From a virus (lineage: Duplodnaviria > Caudoviricetes): DNA of 39,492 nt. A program made the position numbers and the translations under genes. The notes under the pieces were generated by a model. The model was not told the DNA's origin. It ran no database searches and saw nothing but the letters and a program-made list of their open reading frames with translations. This document shows, piece by piece, positions 26,995 through 36,330 of this stretch. Numbering within the stretch: position 1 is the first letter of the stretch; each line of letters starts with the position of its first letter. Where the stretch lies: positions 1 to 39,492 of the IMG/VR virus record IMGVR_UViG_3300048496_000008; one strand, 5' to 3'.

Positions 26995-27900
26995 CTATGT
27001 GGTCGGCAGCCACGGACTGATCAGGAGATCGACCGCTCGGAAGTTCCGGTTTGTTTCGCCGCTGGAGATCAATTGCTTTTCGAGGATGTCCAGCGCCTCG
27101 CTGCGTAGGTTGGACGGGACCACCAGCAGCGTCGGTCGGATGCCCAGCCGCTCGCCCTCGTCGTCGTCCTCGAATGCCATCATGGTCTCGAATGCGGCGT
27201 CGAAGTTCACCGCGTTCAGCGTCTGATTGCTCTGGAATGCAGTTTGCCACCAGCCGAACCCCCACGCCGATCGGGCCTCGACGCCAAACAGCAATTCGCG
27301 CCGCATGAATACGGCCTCTGCGGTGGGCAGCTCCACGTTCGTCACGGTCGGATCTTTGCGGGTCTGGTAGATCACCGGCTTGACTGACCGGCTCGCATCC
27401 ATCAGCCACCAGCGCGGACCGCCGCCGCCGGTGTCGATGTTCGACTGCGTGCCACCTTTCTTGGTGTGCGTGGCTGAAAAGAAATTCTGTTCATCGAGCC
27501 ACACCGTGGCGTCGCCAGCGGCGAGCGCGTCAAACGTGTTTTTCTCCACGTGACGGCCCGCGGCCATGCCCTGCTCGCGTGCGATGTGGGATCGGCCCGC
27601 AATCGCAGCGGCGACGCTGACTGCATCCTCCAGATGATTGCGATCGATCCCGATGGTCGATTCGTAATCCTCGTTGAGCAGTGAGACCCCGCGGGCTTTC
27701 AGCGACTTGATCTGCTTATCGCCGACCCACTCACGCAAGCTGGGGAACTGCGAGAGGTGCCCGTAGAATTCCTTTTCCGTGGACGAGGTGATCCGCGTGG
27801 CAATGGCGGCCCACTCGCGCGTCGCGGCTCCGAGCCCCACGCCGAATGCGGCCTGTAGCCCGTTGAAAAATTCTTGGATGTTTGTGCGATCGACGATCAT
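26995..27900 (-). CDS. Major capsid protein (Mu gpT-like)
   Basis: P.LREWVG, N.DYESTIGIDR, FFS.TH, KPVIYQTR, GFGWWQ.A, LGIRPTLLVVP. Confidence 0.95.
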   Translation of the reverse strand: MIVDRTNIQEFFNGLQAAFGVGLGAATREWAAIATRITSSTEKEFYGHLSQFPSLREWVGDKQIKSLKARGVSLLNEDYESTIGIDRNHLEDAVSVAAAIAGRSHIAREQGMAAGRHVEKNTFDALAAGDATVWLDEQNFFSATHTKKGGTQSNIDTGGGGPRWWLMDASRSVKPVIYQTRKDPTVTNVELPTAEAVFMRRELLFGVEARSAWGFGWWQTAFQSNQTLNAVNFDAAFETMMAFEDDDEGERLGIRPTLLVVPSNLRSEALDILEKQLISSGETNRNFRAVDLLISPWLPTT

Positions 27901-27911
27901 CGGTCAGCCCC

Positions 27912-28328
27912 CTAGAGCAGTCCTACGCCTGGATGGATCTCTACCCAGACGATGTTATCGGTTGAGTCGAAATCGACGATGATGCCGGCGATCGACATCC
28001 CGGTAGCCAGGGTGCCGACCGTCTGATCGTCCTCCCAGTAGCAGAGGGCGCCGATGTCCGTTTGGTCGACGACGTTGGCCCCGGAATTCTCCAGGCCGAA
28101 TACACCGGCCTCGACCTCGACCACCTCACCATCGTCGGTGTTATCCACCTTGGCAACGGCGATCCCGACCGACACCAGGCCAGTCGTCGCAGTCGGTGCG
28201 ACCGCCTCACCGTTGACATCCAGCGCGACACCGGCTCCGGCGAAGTGGATCTCCGCAGCCTTGGACGTGTAGGAAAAGCGCTTCCCCTCGCGGCGGGTGT
28301 AGGCTCGATCTGCTGTTAGGGCGGTCAT
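27912..28328 (-). CDS. Capsid decoration/cement protein (DUF2190-like)
   Basis: MTALTADR, GIA...VDN, GVF...NS, DIG..CY..DDQTV, VWVEI. Confidence 0.8.
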   Translation of the reverse strand: MTALTADRAYTRREGKRFSYTSKAAEIHFAGAGVALDVNGEAVAPTATTGLVSVGIAVAKVDNTDDGEVVEVEAGVFGLENSGANVVDQTDIGALCYWEDDQTVGTLATGMSIAGIIVDFDSTDNIVWVEIHPGVGLL

Positions 28329-28330
28329 GG

Positions 28331-28873
28331 CTAGTTACTCTCCCTGCGGATCTCCTCCGCGAGCTGTGCTGAGTCGATCTCGCCCTTGACCAGGCGGGCG
28401 TATAGTTCCGGCTTCACTCCCACGCTGTGGGCAATCGCAAGCTGCTCATCGGTCAGCCCATGCGCGCCCGTACCTGGCGTGGTCGGGCTGCGCTGGTCCA
28501 GACCGGAGGGCTCGCCCACGACCGTAGCGGCGCCAACGAACTTGGAGAATGCTTCGAGCCCCGCGGCCCGGCACATCTCGATCGCCTGGTCGCGTTGGGC
28601 CGGTGTGATCTTCCCATCCTTCGACGCCTGATCCACTGCGGCCGCGATCGCCTTTTCCTGCTCGGCTGCGGCCAGTGCCTTGATCTCGCCCTCGGCCTTT
28701 TCGGCCCGGGCCAGAGCGGCGGTGTAGTCCGCGCGCGGCGTCCACTGCTCCAGCGATGGCGTCTTATCCTCGGCAGCCTTGAGGGCCAGCGCGAGTGCCT
28801 TGGCTTTCGCTGTGGCCTCCTCGGCCGTTGCGGTCTCGGCGAGCCCTAGGGCGGCGAGTAGTGCTTTATCCAT
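28331..28873 (-). CDS. Scaffolding protein (Mu gpZ-like, in-frame internal start)
   Basis: ACAGGAG SD before ATG 28873; MDKALLAALGLAETAT. Confidence 0.7.
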   Translation of the reverse strand: MDKALLAALGLAETATAEEATAKAKALALALKAAEDKTPSLEQWTPRADYTAALARAEKAEGEIKALAAAEQEKAIAAAVDQASKDGKITPAQRDQAIEMCRAAGLEAFSKFVGAATVVGEPSGLDQRSPTTPGTGAHGLTDEQLAIAHSVGVKPELYARLVKGEIDSAQLAEEIRRESN

Positions 28874-29380
28874 GGTGTCGTCTCCTGTAGTGCCCTGGTG
28901 GCTGCTCAATGCCTTGAGTCGAAGCGCGGGCCGGTTGACCAGCGCGGCGCTGCTAATGCTGAGCACCTCGCCGGCTTCGTCATGGAACATAGCCGGCGAA
29001 ATGAAACGAAATGCGCGCGACTGGATCAGCTCGTGGCCCGATTCGTTCCAGGTCACATCCCCCCAGATGCTGCCGCCGCGCTTGACGGACAGAGACTCGA
29101 TCCAACCCACCGCCGGCCCGCCGAATAGTTCCGTTGCGTGGTCGGTGTCGATCGGTAGCGGCATTCGATCCTTTTCAAATGCGGCCACGATCGCCTTGGG
29201 GTTGCTGTTCTTGAATGTGCGACCGTCGCGGGCCTTGATCGTTTTCCCCGATGGGATGAGCTGGATCTCGCTAGGCGGCGATCCGTCGCCCTCGGCCGGC
29301 TCCTCGGCGAACAGCGCAGACGCTGACTCCGCCAGGAATAGGCCAGGCGGTAGCTCTCGCGCGACGGCCGGAACGGTCAC
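28331..29380 (-). CDS. Prohead protease (Mu gpI) with C-terminal scaffold
   Basis: IQLIP.G...RDGR, LPID..HA, A.GWI, FRFISP, AALVN.PAL. Confidence 0.93.
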   Translation of the reverse strand: MTVPAVARELPPGLFLAESASALFAEEPAEGDGSPPSEIQLIPSGKTIKARDGRTFKNSNPKAIVAAFEKDRMPLPIDTDHATELFGGPAVGWIESLSVKRGGSIWGDVTWNESGHELIQSRAFRFISPAMFHDEAGEVLSISSAALVNRPALRLKALSSHQGTTGDDTMDKALLAALGLAETATAEEATAKAKALALALKAAEDKTPSLEQWTPRADYTAALARAEKAEGEIKALAAAEQEKAIAAAVDQASKDGKITPAQRDQAIEMCRAAGLEAFSKFVGAATVVGEPSGLDQRSPTTPGTGAHGLTDEQLAIAHSVGVKPELYARLVKGEIDSAQLAEEIRRESN

Positions 29381-29417
29381 CCATTCCTTCGATCATGGAT
29401 CCGGGGTCGCGTCAAGA

Positions 29418-30104
29418 TCAGCGCAAGCGGCGACCTCTGTAGTCGTAAAGGGCCCCCGCTTGCCATTCTGTGGGTATCGGGCGCCCTCCTCCCGCTGCCA
29501 GCTCGCCATCGACCACGAGCCCGGCCCGCAGCGCCACCTCGCGCCACAGCCGCTCACCGGGATCGCCCACCCTGCCGCTGCTGTAGTTCCGGTGCGCCTG
29601 GATGTGGGTCACGTTCGCGCCGGCCTCCTCCGCCTTGAGTAGCATAAGCTTGACCGCCGCCCGGGCCGTGGCGATTAGAAAATCATCGATCGCGTGGTGC
29701 TTGGGTTTGCGCTTCGACTCCAGCCCCGGGAACGAACCTTCCACCGCGACACCCAACGATCGCGCGTTGCTGCTGTTCCCGTGGTAGGTGTAGCGATCGA
29801 TCTCATTGTTCCAGAGCACATCGCCGTTGAGCAGCGCCACGCAGTGATAGGGCACCTTGTAGAAACGCCGATGCAGCGCGAGCCGTTCGCCGTACTTGTC
29901 GCGGTTGCGTTTGGTCGTGCCGAACTTTACGGCGGTCTGGTGCAGTACGATCGTGGTAACGCTCGGAGCGTACCGGCCCGAATCTTTGCCCGGGCCGTTG
30001 CGCACGTCTCGGGTGTTGTCGAAGTAGTCCGGCCAGGCATCCTCGCGCGGATGGACGAACCGATCCGATCGGGCCCACTCCAGGATCGGCCGCCACCAGA
30101 GCAT
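29418..30104 (-). CDS. N-acetylmuramoyl-L-alanine amidase (Amidase_2), putative endolysin
   Basis: IVLHQTA, VPYH, TYHGN..N..SLGVAVEG, AHR.....GDPG; TGATG overlap with gpF. Confidence 0.85.
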   Translation of the reverse strand: MLWWRPILEWARSDRFVHPREDAWPDYFDNTRDVRNGPGKDSGRYAPSVTTIVLHQTAVKFGTTKRNRDKYGERLALHRRFYKVPYHCVALLNGDVLWNNEIDRYTYHGNSSNARSLGVAVEGSFPGLESKRKPKHHAIDDFLIATARAAVKLMLLKAEEAGANVTHIQAHRNYSSGRVGDPGERLWREVALRAGLVVDGELAAGGGRPIPTEWQAGALYDYRGRRLR

Positions 30105-30865
30105 CAGATCTTTTCGATCTCCCCGCTCAGCGCGTTGAGTCTGTGAGTCCCCGGATTGAAGGCCCATTGCGGATCTAGCCCCTCGTCGACCTTGACCTTT
30201 CGCCCTGTCCTGGGATTGATCATCTCCACCTCGCGACGCGGCGGCCTGGGTGTCGGCCCTCCTCGGCGCTCGACCTCGCGATTCCCTAGCTGCCGTACAT
30301 GGCAGTGACAATTCCAGCCGTTGGGCGGCATGTGATCCAGCCACCAAGGATCATCGGCCGGCAGCGTGGTCCCGTCCCACTGGATATGTAGATCGCGATG
30401 CCGCTCTGCCGGTCCTAGCTGATAGACCAGAAAGGGTAGCGTTTCCTTCGTGGTCTGCACACGTTGCCACTGACCGACCGCGCGCGCCGATCGCATATTG
30501 TGGAAGTAGATCGTTTTGAGCCGATGCGGCGATCCGAAATCGACCTTTCGCTTTCGTCCCGTTTTCGGATCCTCGATCTCTCGCTCGCCCCACCAGCCCA
30601 TGCGCTCAAGCCTCGGCTTTAGTTCGTCCTTGAATCGCTCGAATGTGGTGCCCTCGGCGAGCGCCCGATCTACCTCGTCGCGCAATGCCTCAAGCAAATC
30701 ACGTTCCATGGCACCAGCCGCAGTGAATGCCCGGTTATGCTCGTCTTGCCACACATCGCGAAAATCAAATGAAGGCTCTAGCCCCTTGCTGCGGAAGAAA
30801 TCGATCGCACGCTCCGGCGGATCGCCCGGCTTGCCAGGCCGGCGGAGATATAGATCCACGCTCAC
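30104..30865 (-). CDS. Head morphogenesis protein (Mu gpF), short form
   Basis: AIDFFRSKG, H.RAFT.A, GWWG, RLKTIY..N...A...G.W, R..H..WDG, PPNGWNC.C. Confidence 0.93.
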   Translation of the reverse strand: MSVDLYLRRPGKPGDPPERAIDFFRSKGLEPSFDFRDVWQDEHNRAFTAAGAMERDLLEALRDEVDRALAEGTTFERFKDELKPRLERMGWWGEREIEDPKTGRKRKVDFGSPHRLKTIYFHNMRSARAVGQWQRVQTTKETLPFLVYQLGPAERHRDLHIQWDGTTLPADDPWWLDHMPPNGWNCHCHVRQLGNREVERRGGPTPRPPRREVEMINPRTGRKVKVDEGLDPQWAFNPGTHRLNALSGEIEKI

Positions 30866-32415
30866 CGGATCGAATCCGTAGCGTCGCCTACTCCGCGCGC
30901 CTCGAAATTCATCGTGGCAATTCTCTGGACGATCGGATCGCTCGCCACCGCCTTGAGCACTCCGGGCAGCTTCCGCTTGAATTCGGAATAGGTGCTGACC
31001 GTCTCGGCGAGCCTGGCGATGGGCTCCACCAAGGGGTTCAATACCTCGCGCCATTCGTCGTCGAACTGCTCGCCGATCTCGCCGATGATGTCTGATTCGC
31101 CCCGGGTCTCGCCGATTGCTGCGAGTGCGGCCGTCTCGGTCCCAGGGAGGCCACCGCCGCCCCCTTGCGGTTCCAACACCTCGGCATCATCGGCCGGCTC
31201 CTGTAGCTTGAACTTGTCGCGGATCTCCGCAGCCTCGACCCGTAGCCCGCGATCAATGAATGGGGTAAGCGCTTTGGAAAGGGACTCCAGATCCTCGGCC
31301 CGTTCGATCGCCAGCTTGAACGTCGGGTACACCTCTTGCGGTCCGAAGTTCAGATCGACCCACGGCCGCACCAGATCGCGGTTGATCGTATCGCTGAGAT
31401 CGGCCGCGTCGGACTCCATGATGTCCCCGCGCACGCTGTCATGCACGATGGCCTGCGCCCTGCTGCTACCATCGTCCGTGGTCATGGTCTGGCCGAGCAC
31501 TAGCTTGCTGGTCTGCTTGTCGAGCCAGTTCTCTAGGACCACGAACAGCCCGCCGCCGTCCCCGCTGGTGGAGCTTGAGTCTACGAATTCCAGATCCATC
31601 GACTTAGGGATCGTCGCGGCCGCATCGGTGCCGATGTTTGCCACGGCTGTTTTGAGCGTGTCGATGTCAGAGGGCTCGGACTGATTCGGATCGTACTTGC
31701 CCACCCGCAACGGCAGGCCGAACACCTCGGCAAAGCTCATCCAGTCATTGAGCGCATAGCCCTTGTACAGATGCAGCGCCGCCTCGACCCGTGCCAGACC
31801 GCCACGGATCGGCAGGCCCGACTTGAGGTGCGGACGATGCACAATGAACTTGCACGGCTCCAGCGGCACGCCGAATGCCGGCGCATCGTTGCTGATCAGT
31901 CCGATCGTCTGACCGGCATCCTGATCGAATCGAAAGAACCTAGGATCGCGCCACTTGTACGCAATCGGATCCCACGCCTCGGCATCGCGCCGCCAGATGA
32001 TCTCGACCACGCTGTAGCCCTTGGCTAACGCGTCGAGCAGATTGCCGAGCGCCACGCGGAAGATCGGAGCGTCGATCATTCGCTGCGTGGCTTCCTGGAT
32101 CTCGACGCTCTTGGTATCGTCCGGGTCGCCCGCTGCGACCATTGTAGGCAGGGACTGCACCGCCATCTTGCGAGTAGAGATCACGCTGCGATAGTGCGGA
32201 TCCCTCTCCTCCATCTCCTCGGCCAGCGCGAGGTAGTCCCGCGGATCGCTACCCTCGTCGACCTGCCGCAGAAGCGATCCCAGCCGTTCCGGTGTCAGGC
32301 CACGCGCGATCGACTGGGTAAAGACGTTACGGATCGAGCTGATCGAGGCGCGGCCCAGCTCCTCCTGCAGTCGGTCCGTGTTGATCGGGCGGCCCTGTGC
32401 GTCAAGTATCGGCAT
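30862..32415 (-). CDS. Portal protein (Mu gp29, DUF935)
   Basis: GLTP.RL..LL, EEMEERD.H, LDA..KGYSV.EI.W, F.EVFGLP.RVGKY, SKLVLGQT.TT. Confidence 0.95.
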   Translation of the reverse strand: MPILDAQGRPINTDRLQEELGRASISSIRNVFTQSIARGLTPERLGSLLRQVDEGSDPRDYLALAEEMEERDPHYRSVISTRKMAVQSLPTMVAAGDPDDTKSVEIQEATQRMIDAPIFRVALGNLLDALAKGYSVVEIIWRRDAEAWDPIAYKWRDPRFFRFDQDAGQTIGLISNDAPAFGVPLEPCKFIVHRPHLKSGLPIRGGLARVEAALHLYKGYALNDWMSFAEVFGLPLRVGKYDPNQSEPSDIDTLKTAVANIGTDAAATIPKSMDLEFVDSSSTSGDGGGLFVVLENWLDKQTSKLVLGQTMTTDDGSSRAQAIVHDSVRGDIMESDAADLSDTINRDLVRPWVDLNFGPQEVYPTFKLAIERAEDLESLSKALTPFIDRGLRVEAAEIRDKFKLQEPADDAEVLEPQGGGGGLPGTETAALAAIGETRGESDIIGEIGEQFDDEWREVLNPLVEPIARLAETVSTYSEFKRKLPGVLKAVASDPIVQRIATMNFEARGVGDATDSIR

Positions 32416-32707
32416 CGTCGCTCCCCTTTCCTATCGCGCGGCGCAGCGGTCCGCCGCAAAGTATCACGCTCTGACGATCATCGCCCCGATACAGCAGCCG
32501 CACTGGCGTAGCCCCGAGATCGCGCGCGGTCTGGATCAGCCGTCCAAAGTCGCGATCGAATAGCTGACCCCATTGCTTGGCTTGGCTAAACGGCGGCGAG
32601 GCGTTGAACCGTTCGCGCCGGGTCGGCTCGCCCACCACTAGAACGGTCGCACCGTCGCGGGATAGTCCGGGGGCAAGGCGAGCGCGGCGACGGTCGAGGA
32701 TGATCAT
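32402..32707 (-). CDS. Hypothetical protein between terminase and portal
   Basis: 101 aa from ATG 32707 after GAGGA; overlaps the portal start. Confidence 0.5.
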   Translation of the reverse strand: MIILDRRRARLAPGLSRDGATVLVVGEPTRRERFNASPPFSQAKQWGQLFDRDFGRLIQTARDLGATPVRLLYRGDDRQSVILCGGPLRRAIGKGSDDADT

Positions 32708-32711
32708 GGTG

Positions 32712-32767
32712 CAGTCCTCACAGCGCCCCCCCATGTAGCGGCCCGGTCAGTCCTCACAGCGCCCCCC
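32712..32767. repeat. 20-bp perfect direct repeat at the terL 3' end
   Basis: cagtcctcacagcgcccccc at 32712-32731 and 32748-32767. Confidence 0.85.
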
Positions 32768-34205
32768 GCTTCCACATCCCGCGCGGCGCTACCTTGTCAT
32801 ACCGGATCGTCTGCACCTCGGTCCGGCTCGCCGCGTAGGCCAGCATAAAGGCTACCGCCGAATCGCCGTGCCGGGGCTTGCGGTCCGCCTTGCTCGTGGT
32901 GCGCGCTTTAGTCAACTTAGGGATCCCGTTGATTACCTTGACCTGGCGCAAGTCGCTGAGCACGTCTGCGTCTCGGGGGATCGAGATCCGATGGTCCTCG
33001 AATGCAGACTTTAGCAGCGGGAACATCTCGCCATACTTGCGCTCGCTGAGGTGGACGCCCTCGATTTTATCGCCGTATTTTAGCGCGGCCGCCTCGGCCA
33101 GGGCCTGACCGTTGCCACCCGCGTCGATCTTGCCCGCAATGAATCCGGGCAGATGATCGATCAGGTAGAACAGCACTTGCTCTTGCTGCCGGAAAGGGAC
33201 GTTCCGCAGCTCGATCAGAAACGGGCACCGCCGCGATAGGTTCTGCTCCAGGACAAGCGGGGCCAGGGCGCTGATATCGGACGTCCGCCCAAAGTCCACG
33301 CCCACTGCCGAGCCCTTGGCTTTCCCCTCAAGCTGCCGCAGCGGAAGCGATAGGTGCGTGCGGCACCAGCCCTCGACGTGATCGCGGCGATCCTCCTCGG
33401 TACGGTGGGCGAAGTCGTCGGACAGCCCCAGCCGGAAGACCGGCGCATCGGCCATGCAGTCCTCGATCAGTCGACGGCTAAAGTAGGTGCCACCGCTCCC
33501 GCTCGGGATACAGAACAGCTCCTCATCGGCCGCGTCGCCGTAGTCCTCTAGGATCTCCTCGCGCCATCCGATCTCCGCTTCCCTGCTCCACTCGAATCCT
33601 TCCACCTCGCAGATCTTGCGGTAGAGCCCATCGCCGATCGCATCGTCCAGCGTGATCCGGTGGTGACTGTAGTCCCGCTTCCCCGCGTGGATGTCGTCGA
33701 CCAGCGTGGCGAAGTCCGAGTCGGTCCCATCGTGCGTGCTGATCACCATGACCCGGCCGCCCCACATCGTGAATGCGAGCGCCGACTTTAGGATCGCCGC
33801 TGGGTCGTCGTGAAAGGCGTACTCATCCGCGACGCAGACGCCCCGCTTACCCCGCAGCGATCTGGGCATGGAGGGCAGCGCAATGATCCGGTTGCCGCTA
33901 TTGAACCGGACTGTATGCACCAGCATCTGCCGGCCCTCGTCGTCGATCATCTCCTGCCGGATCGCTGGGACCTGCGAGAGCCTCTCGACCCACCACCGCA
34001 CGTCGACGATAAACTCCGCGGCCTGATCTTTGTTATAGCCCGTGTAGTACCAATCCGTCCCGCTCTGGCTCGCAGCGTCGATCACCGCATCGCCAGCGGT
34101 CGCCCACGTGATCCCGATCTGCCGAGACTTTTCGCAGACTTTGACCCGCGCCAGATCCTCGACCCAGCGCTGCTGATAGGGCAGAAGTAGCCCCTCCTCA
34201 GTCAT
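32754..34205 (-). CDS. terL: Terminase large subunit (Mu gp28-like)
   Basis: LLPYQQRW, EKSRQIGITW, DEYAFH, ISTH.G, GVDFGR..D, HGDSAVA. Confidence 0.95.
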   Translation of the reverse strand: MTEEGLLLPYQQRWVEDLARVKVCEKSRQIGITWATAGDAVIDAASQSGTDWYYTGYNKDQAAEFIVDVRWWVERLSQVPAIRQEMIDDEGRQMLVHTVRFNSGNRIIALPSMPRSLRGKRGVCVADEYAFHDDPAAILKSALAFTMWGGRVMVISTHDGTDSDFATLVDDIHAGKRDYSHHRITLDDAIGDGLYRKICEVEGFEWSREAEIGWREEILEDYGDAADEELFCIPSGSGGTYFSRRLIEDCMADAPVFRLGLSDDFAHRTEEDRRDHVEGWCRTHLSLPLRQLEGKAKGSAVGVDFGRTSDISALAPLVLEQNLSRRCPFLIELRNVPFRQQEQVLFYLIDHLPGFIAGKIDAGGNGQALAEAAALKYGDKIEGVHLSERKYGEMFPLLKSAFEDHRISIPRDADVLSDLRQVKVINGIPKLTKARTTSKADRKPRHGDSAVAFMLAYAASRTEVQTIRYDKVAPRGMWKRGAL

Positions 34206-34419
34206 CGTCCTTAGCGACCGGCACCGGCGGTAGCTGCATCAGCGTCTGCACCATCATCTGCACCTCGGCCACCGTGATTTTAGGTACGCACATCTCGGTC
34301 AAGAACTGGATCAGCGCGCGGACGGTCCCGTCCTGAATCACGCGTCCGGCCGGTTGCTGTGCGCGTTGGAGCTGCCGGATCTTATCGTTGGCATCGGTTA
34401 CTGCTTGATCGTCTGGCAT
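34198..34419 (-). CDS. Hypothetical protein (73 aa)
   Basis: ATG 34419 after GAGGAG; overlaps the terL start. Confidence 0.6.
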   Translation of the reverse strand: MPDDQAVTDANDKIRQLQRAQQPAGRVIQDGTVRALIQFLTEMCVPKITVAEVQMMVQTLMQLPPVPVAKDDD

Positions 34420-34709
34420 GGGGTCTCCTCGATCATCTCGCGGCGGGATTCTCGGCGAGCGTGTCGGCGATAATGTGGATAGCTCGCCGACGCACGCAAG
34501 TGCTGGCGTCGCTCCGGGCGTAATGGGGACCATGCCCATGGTTCTGGCTCGCCCAGATACGGGGGCTCGAATGGCGGTCCCTCATGGAGTTTCGGAAGCA
34601 GGAAGATCGGCGGGGGCTGTTGGAAATTGTTTCCGATCGTGATCGTTGGGCTAGCGCAGTTGCAGGCAGAGCCGCACCAACCACAGATGCTTTGGCTGTC
34701 GAAAATCAC
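34398..34709 (-). CDS. Hypothetical Pro/Cys-rich protein
   Basis: GTGA-coupled ORF filling the gap; CGWC..CNC; weak support. Confidence 0.4.
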   Translation of the reverse strand: MIFDSQSICGWCGSACNCASPTITIGNNFQQPPPIFLLPKLHEGPPFEPPYLGEPEPWAWSPLRPERRQHLRASASYPHYRRHARRESRREMIEETPCQTIKQ

Positions 34710-35329
34710 AGTTTGAACGCCTCGAAATCAATCAGCACCTCGACCGGCTGCGCCCCAGTGCTGTGATACGTCGCCCGCAAGATCAGGCCCGCCACGACCG
34801 CCGCAGCCTTACCGCTCCGCAGCACTCGCCGCTCGCCTGGGACCACGTACATGGTCTCGACGTACTTGGCTAGCGTCACCTCGGGCGGTCCGGGGTTGAC
34901 GATCTCGAATTCGATGTAGTCGCCTAGCTTGGCGTTTGCGTCGCAGTAGAACGACCCGCCGAACAGATTGGCCGCGTACGGAATCGTCCAGTCCATCTGG
35001 GAATCCGTGTCGGCCGCCGCGGTGTGGATGTGACCTTTCCACTGCGACTGGCCATCGTACTCGGCGAACGTGGTGGCCACGATCTGCTGGCCCTTGTCAT
35101 TGATCGCCGGGCTTTTCGGCACGCCCTGGTGCGCCGCGATGATGGCATTCAGGTCAGCCTGTACGACCCCGCCGCGCATTACGACGTCGACCGTATCGCC
35201 ATCGAGCGCGAGGTGCTTCAGCGCCACGGGAATTTCAGATGCATGGATCTCCGCCTTGAGGGTCGATAGATCGACCTTCGCATTCGGAAAGTCCGCGGCG
35301 ACGCTGTATGTATACGTGGTCTCAGCCAT
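34706..35329 (-). CDS. Putative virion accessory protein
   Basis: 207 aa, beta-rich C-terminus; AQ-type structural composition; coupled to neighbours. Confidence 0.55.
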   Translation of the reverse strand: MAETTYTYSVAADFPNAKVDLSTLKAEIHASEIPVALKHLALDGDTVDVVMRGGVVQADLNAIIAAHQGVPKSPAINDKGQQIVATTFAEYDGQSQWKGHIHTAAADTDSQMDWTIPYAANLFGGSFYCDANAKLGDYIEFEIVNPGPPEVTLAKYVETMYVVPGERRVLRSGKAAAVVAGLILRATYHSTGAQPVEVLIDFEAFKL

Positions 35330-35779
35330 CTAGCACCCCACCCTTTGCAGAATCATCGATCGGCCCCGCGACGTCGCGGTGTCGCCCGTCACGCGCCAGC
35401 GCAGATCGACCACATCGCCATCACTGATCACCCGCGCCAAAACGGCCACGGTCATGGTGCTGGATGTGGTCGGAAATGCTCCGTGCTGGTGCTGCATGCC
35501 CGCGCGCTCTGAGTCTGTGATCTGTACGCCATTGACGTAGGCGCTAACCGTCGTTTCCTCGGTGTTCCCGTTCGATAGCTCGACGGTACCCACTAGCAGA
35601 TACTCCCCGGCCTTGGGCGCGACGATCGACATCCCCGGCACCAGGACATCGGTTAGGCTCGTGGTCGCAGCGGTTACGACGGACTTGGCTTCCAGCGGCG
35701 GATCGAGCAGCAGCGATCCGGTCTTAGTCAGCCGGACCGGCGCGGTGCGGCGTAGCAGCTTGACGGTGGTATGCGTCAC
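35330..35779 (-). CDS. Putative C1q/BclA-like beta-sandwich protein
   Basis: VPGMSI..P.AG.YL..G.V, YVNG, GDVVDLRW pattern. Confidence 0.5.
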   Translation of the reverse strand: MTHTTVKLLRRTAPVRLTKTGSLLLDPPLEAKSVVTAATTSLTDVLVPGMSIVAPKAGEYLLVGTVELSNGNTEETTVSAYVNGVQITDSERAGMQHQHGAFPTTSSTMTVAVLARVISDGDVVDLRWRVTGDTATSRGRSMILQRVGC

Positions 35780-36156
35780 AGCGCAAACCTCGGAGAGATC
35801 ACGATCGTCCCTTTCTGGATCGTGCGCTGTGCCGATAGCACCGCGTTAGTCGCAACGATGTTATAGCGGTGCGTTCCGACCACGGACACGCTCTCGGCGA
35901 TGTCCAGCGTATAGGCCCCGGCCGCATCGAACCCGGACACGCTCGCAGCGAAGGGTGTCCCCTCGATCGTGATCGCGCCGACCCAGCCGCCGTCCGCTGT
36001 AAAGTCGGCCGGGTTGATCGGCGTGCCATCGTCCTCGAAGTCCTCGGCGATCTGGAACTGGCCTTTGAAGGAATCATTAGCCAGCAGCGGATCGTTCGGA
36101 TCGTGGCCGATGTGGACCGGCTCGCCGGTGCCGAGGGATGCGATGTCGATGGCCAT
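35776..36156 (-). CDS. Putative Ig-like adaptor (BppU-N-like)
   Basis: DGTPI...DFT...W, G.YTL.I, G..RYNI, G.I.ISP pattern. Confidence 0.5.
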   Translation of the reverse strand: MAIDIASLGTGEPVHIGHDPNDPLLANDSFKGQFQIAEDFEDDGTPINPADFTADGGWVGAITIEGTPFAASVSGFDAAGAYTLDIAESVSVVGTHRYNIVATNAVLSAQRTIQKGTIVISPRFAL

Positions 36157-36159
36157 GGG

Positions 36160-36330
36160 TTATCCGCTTTGCCGCTGTCCGAACGCCAACGCTAGCGGCC
36201 AATCCGGATCGCCGCGTCTATGAATCTCACCGCAGTCCCTACATTGAACGTCGGAGCCGCCCCGCATATTGACCCACGCCCGCACAGGATGGCGGCATTG
36301 CTGATCAGTCCACTTGGTAGATTCCTCCAT
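36160..36330 (-). CDS. Small Zn-ribbon-like protein (56 aa)
   Basis: CRH...CRDC; TGATG overlap. Confidence 0.45.
   Translation of the reverse strand: MEESTKWTDQQCRHPVRAWVNMRGGSDVQCRDCGEIHRRGDPDWPLALAFGQRQSG

Noticed and set aside
29381-29417. Sigma70 promoter upstream of the protease gene (TTGACG)
   Set aside because: No acceptable -10 at 16-18 nt spacing; an activator-dependent promoter cannot be excluded
30104-30865. MuF polymorphic toxin
   Set aside because: gpF is the short form with no C-terminal extension; the next gene is a separate amidase, not an immunity gene
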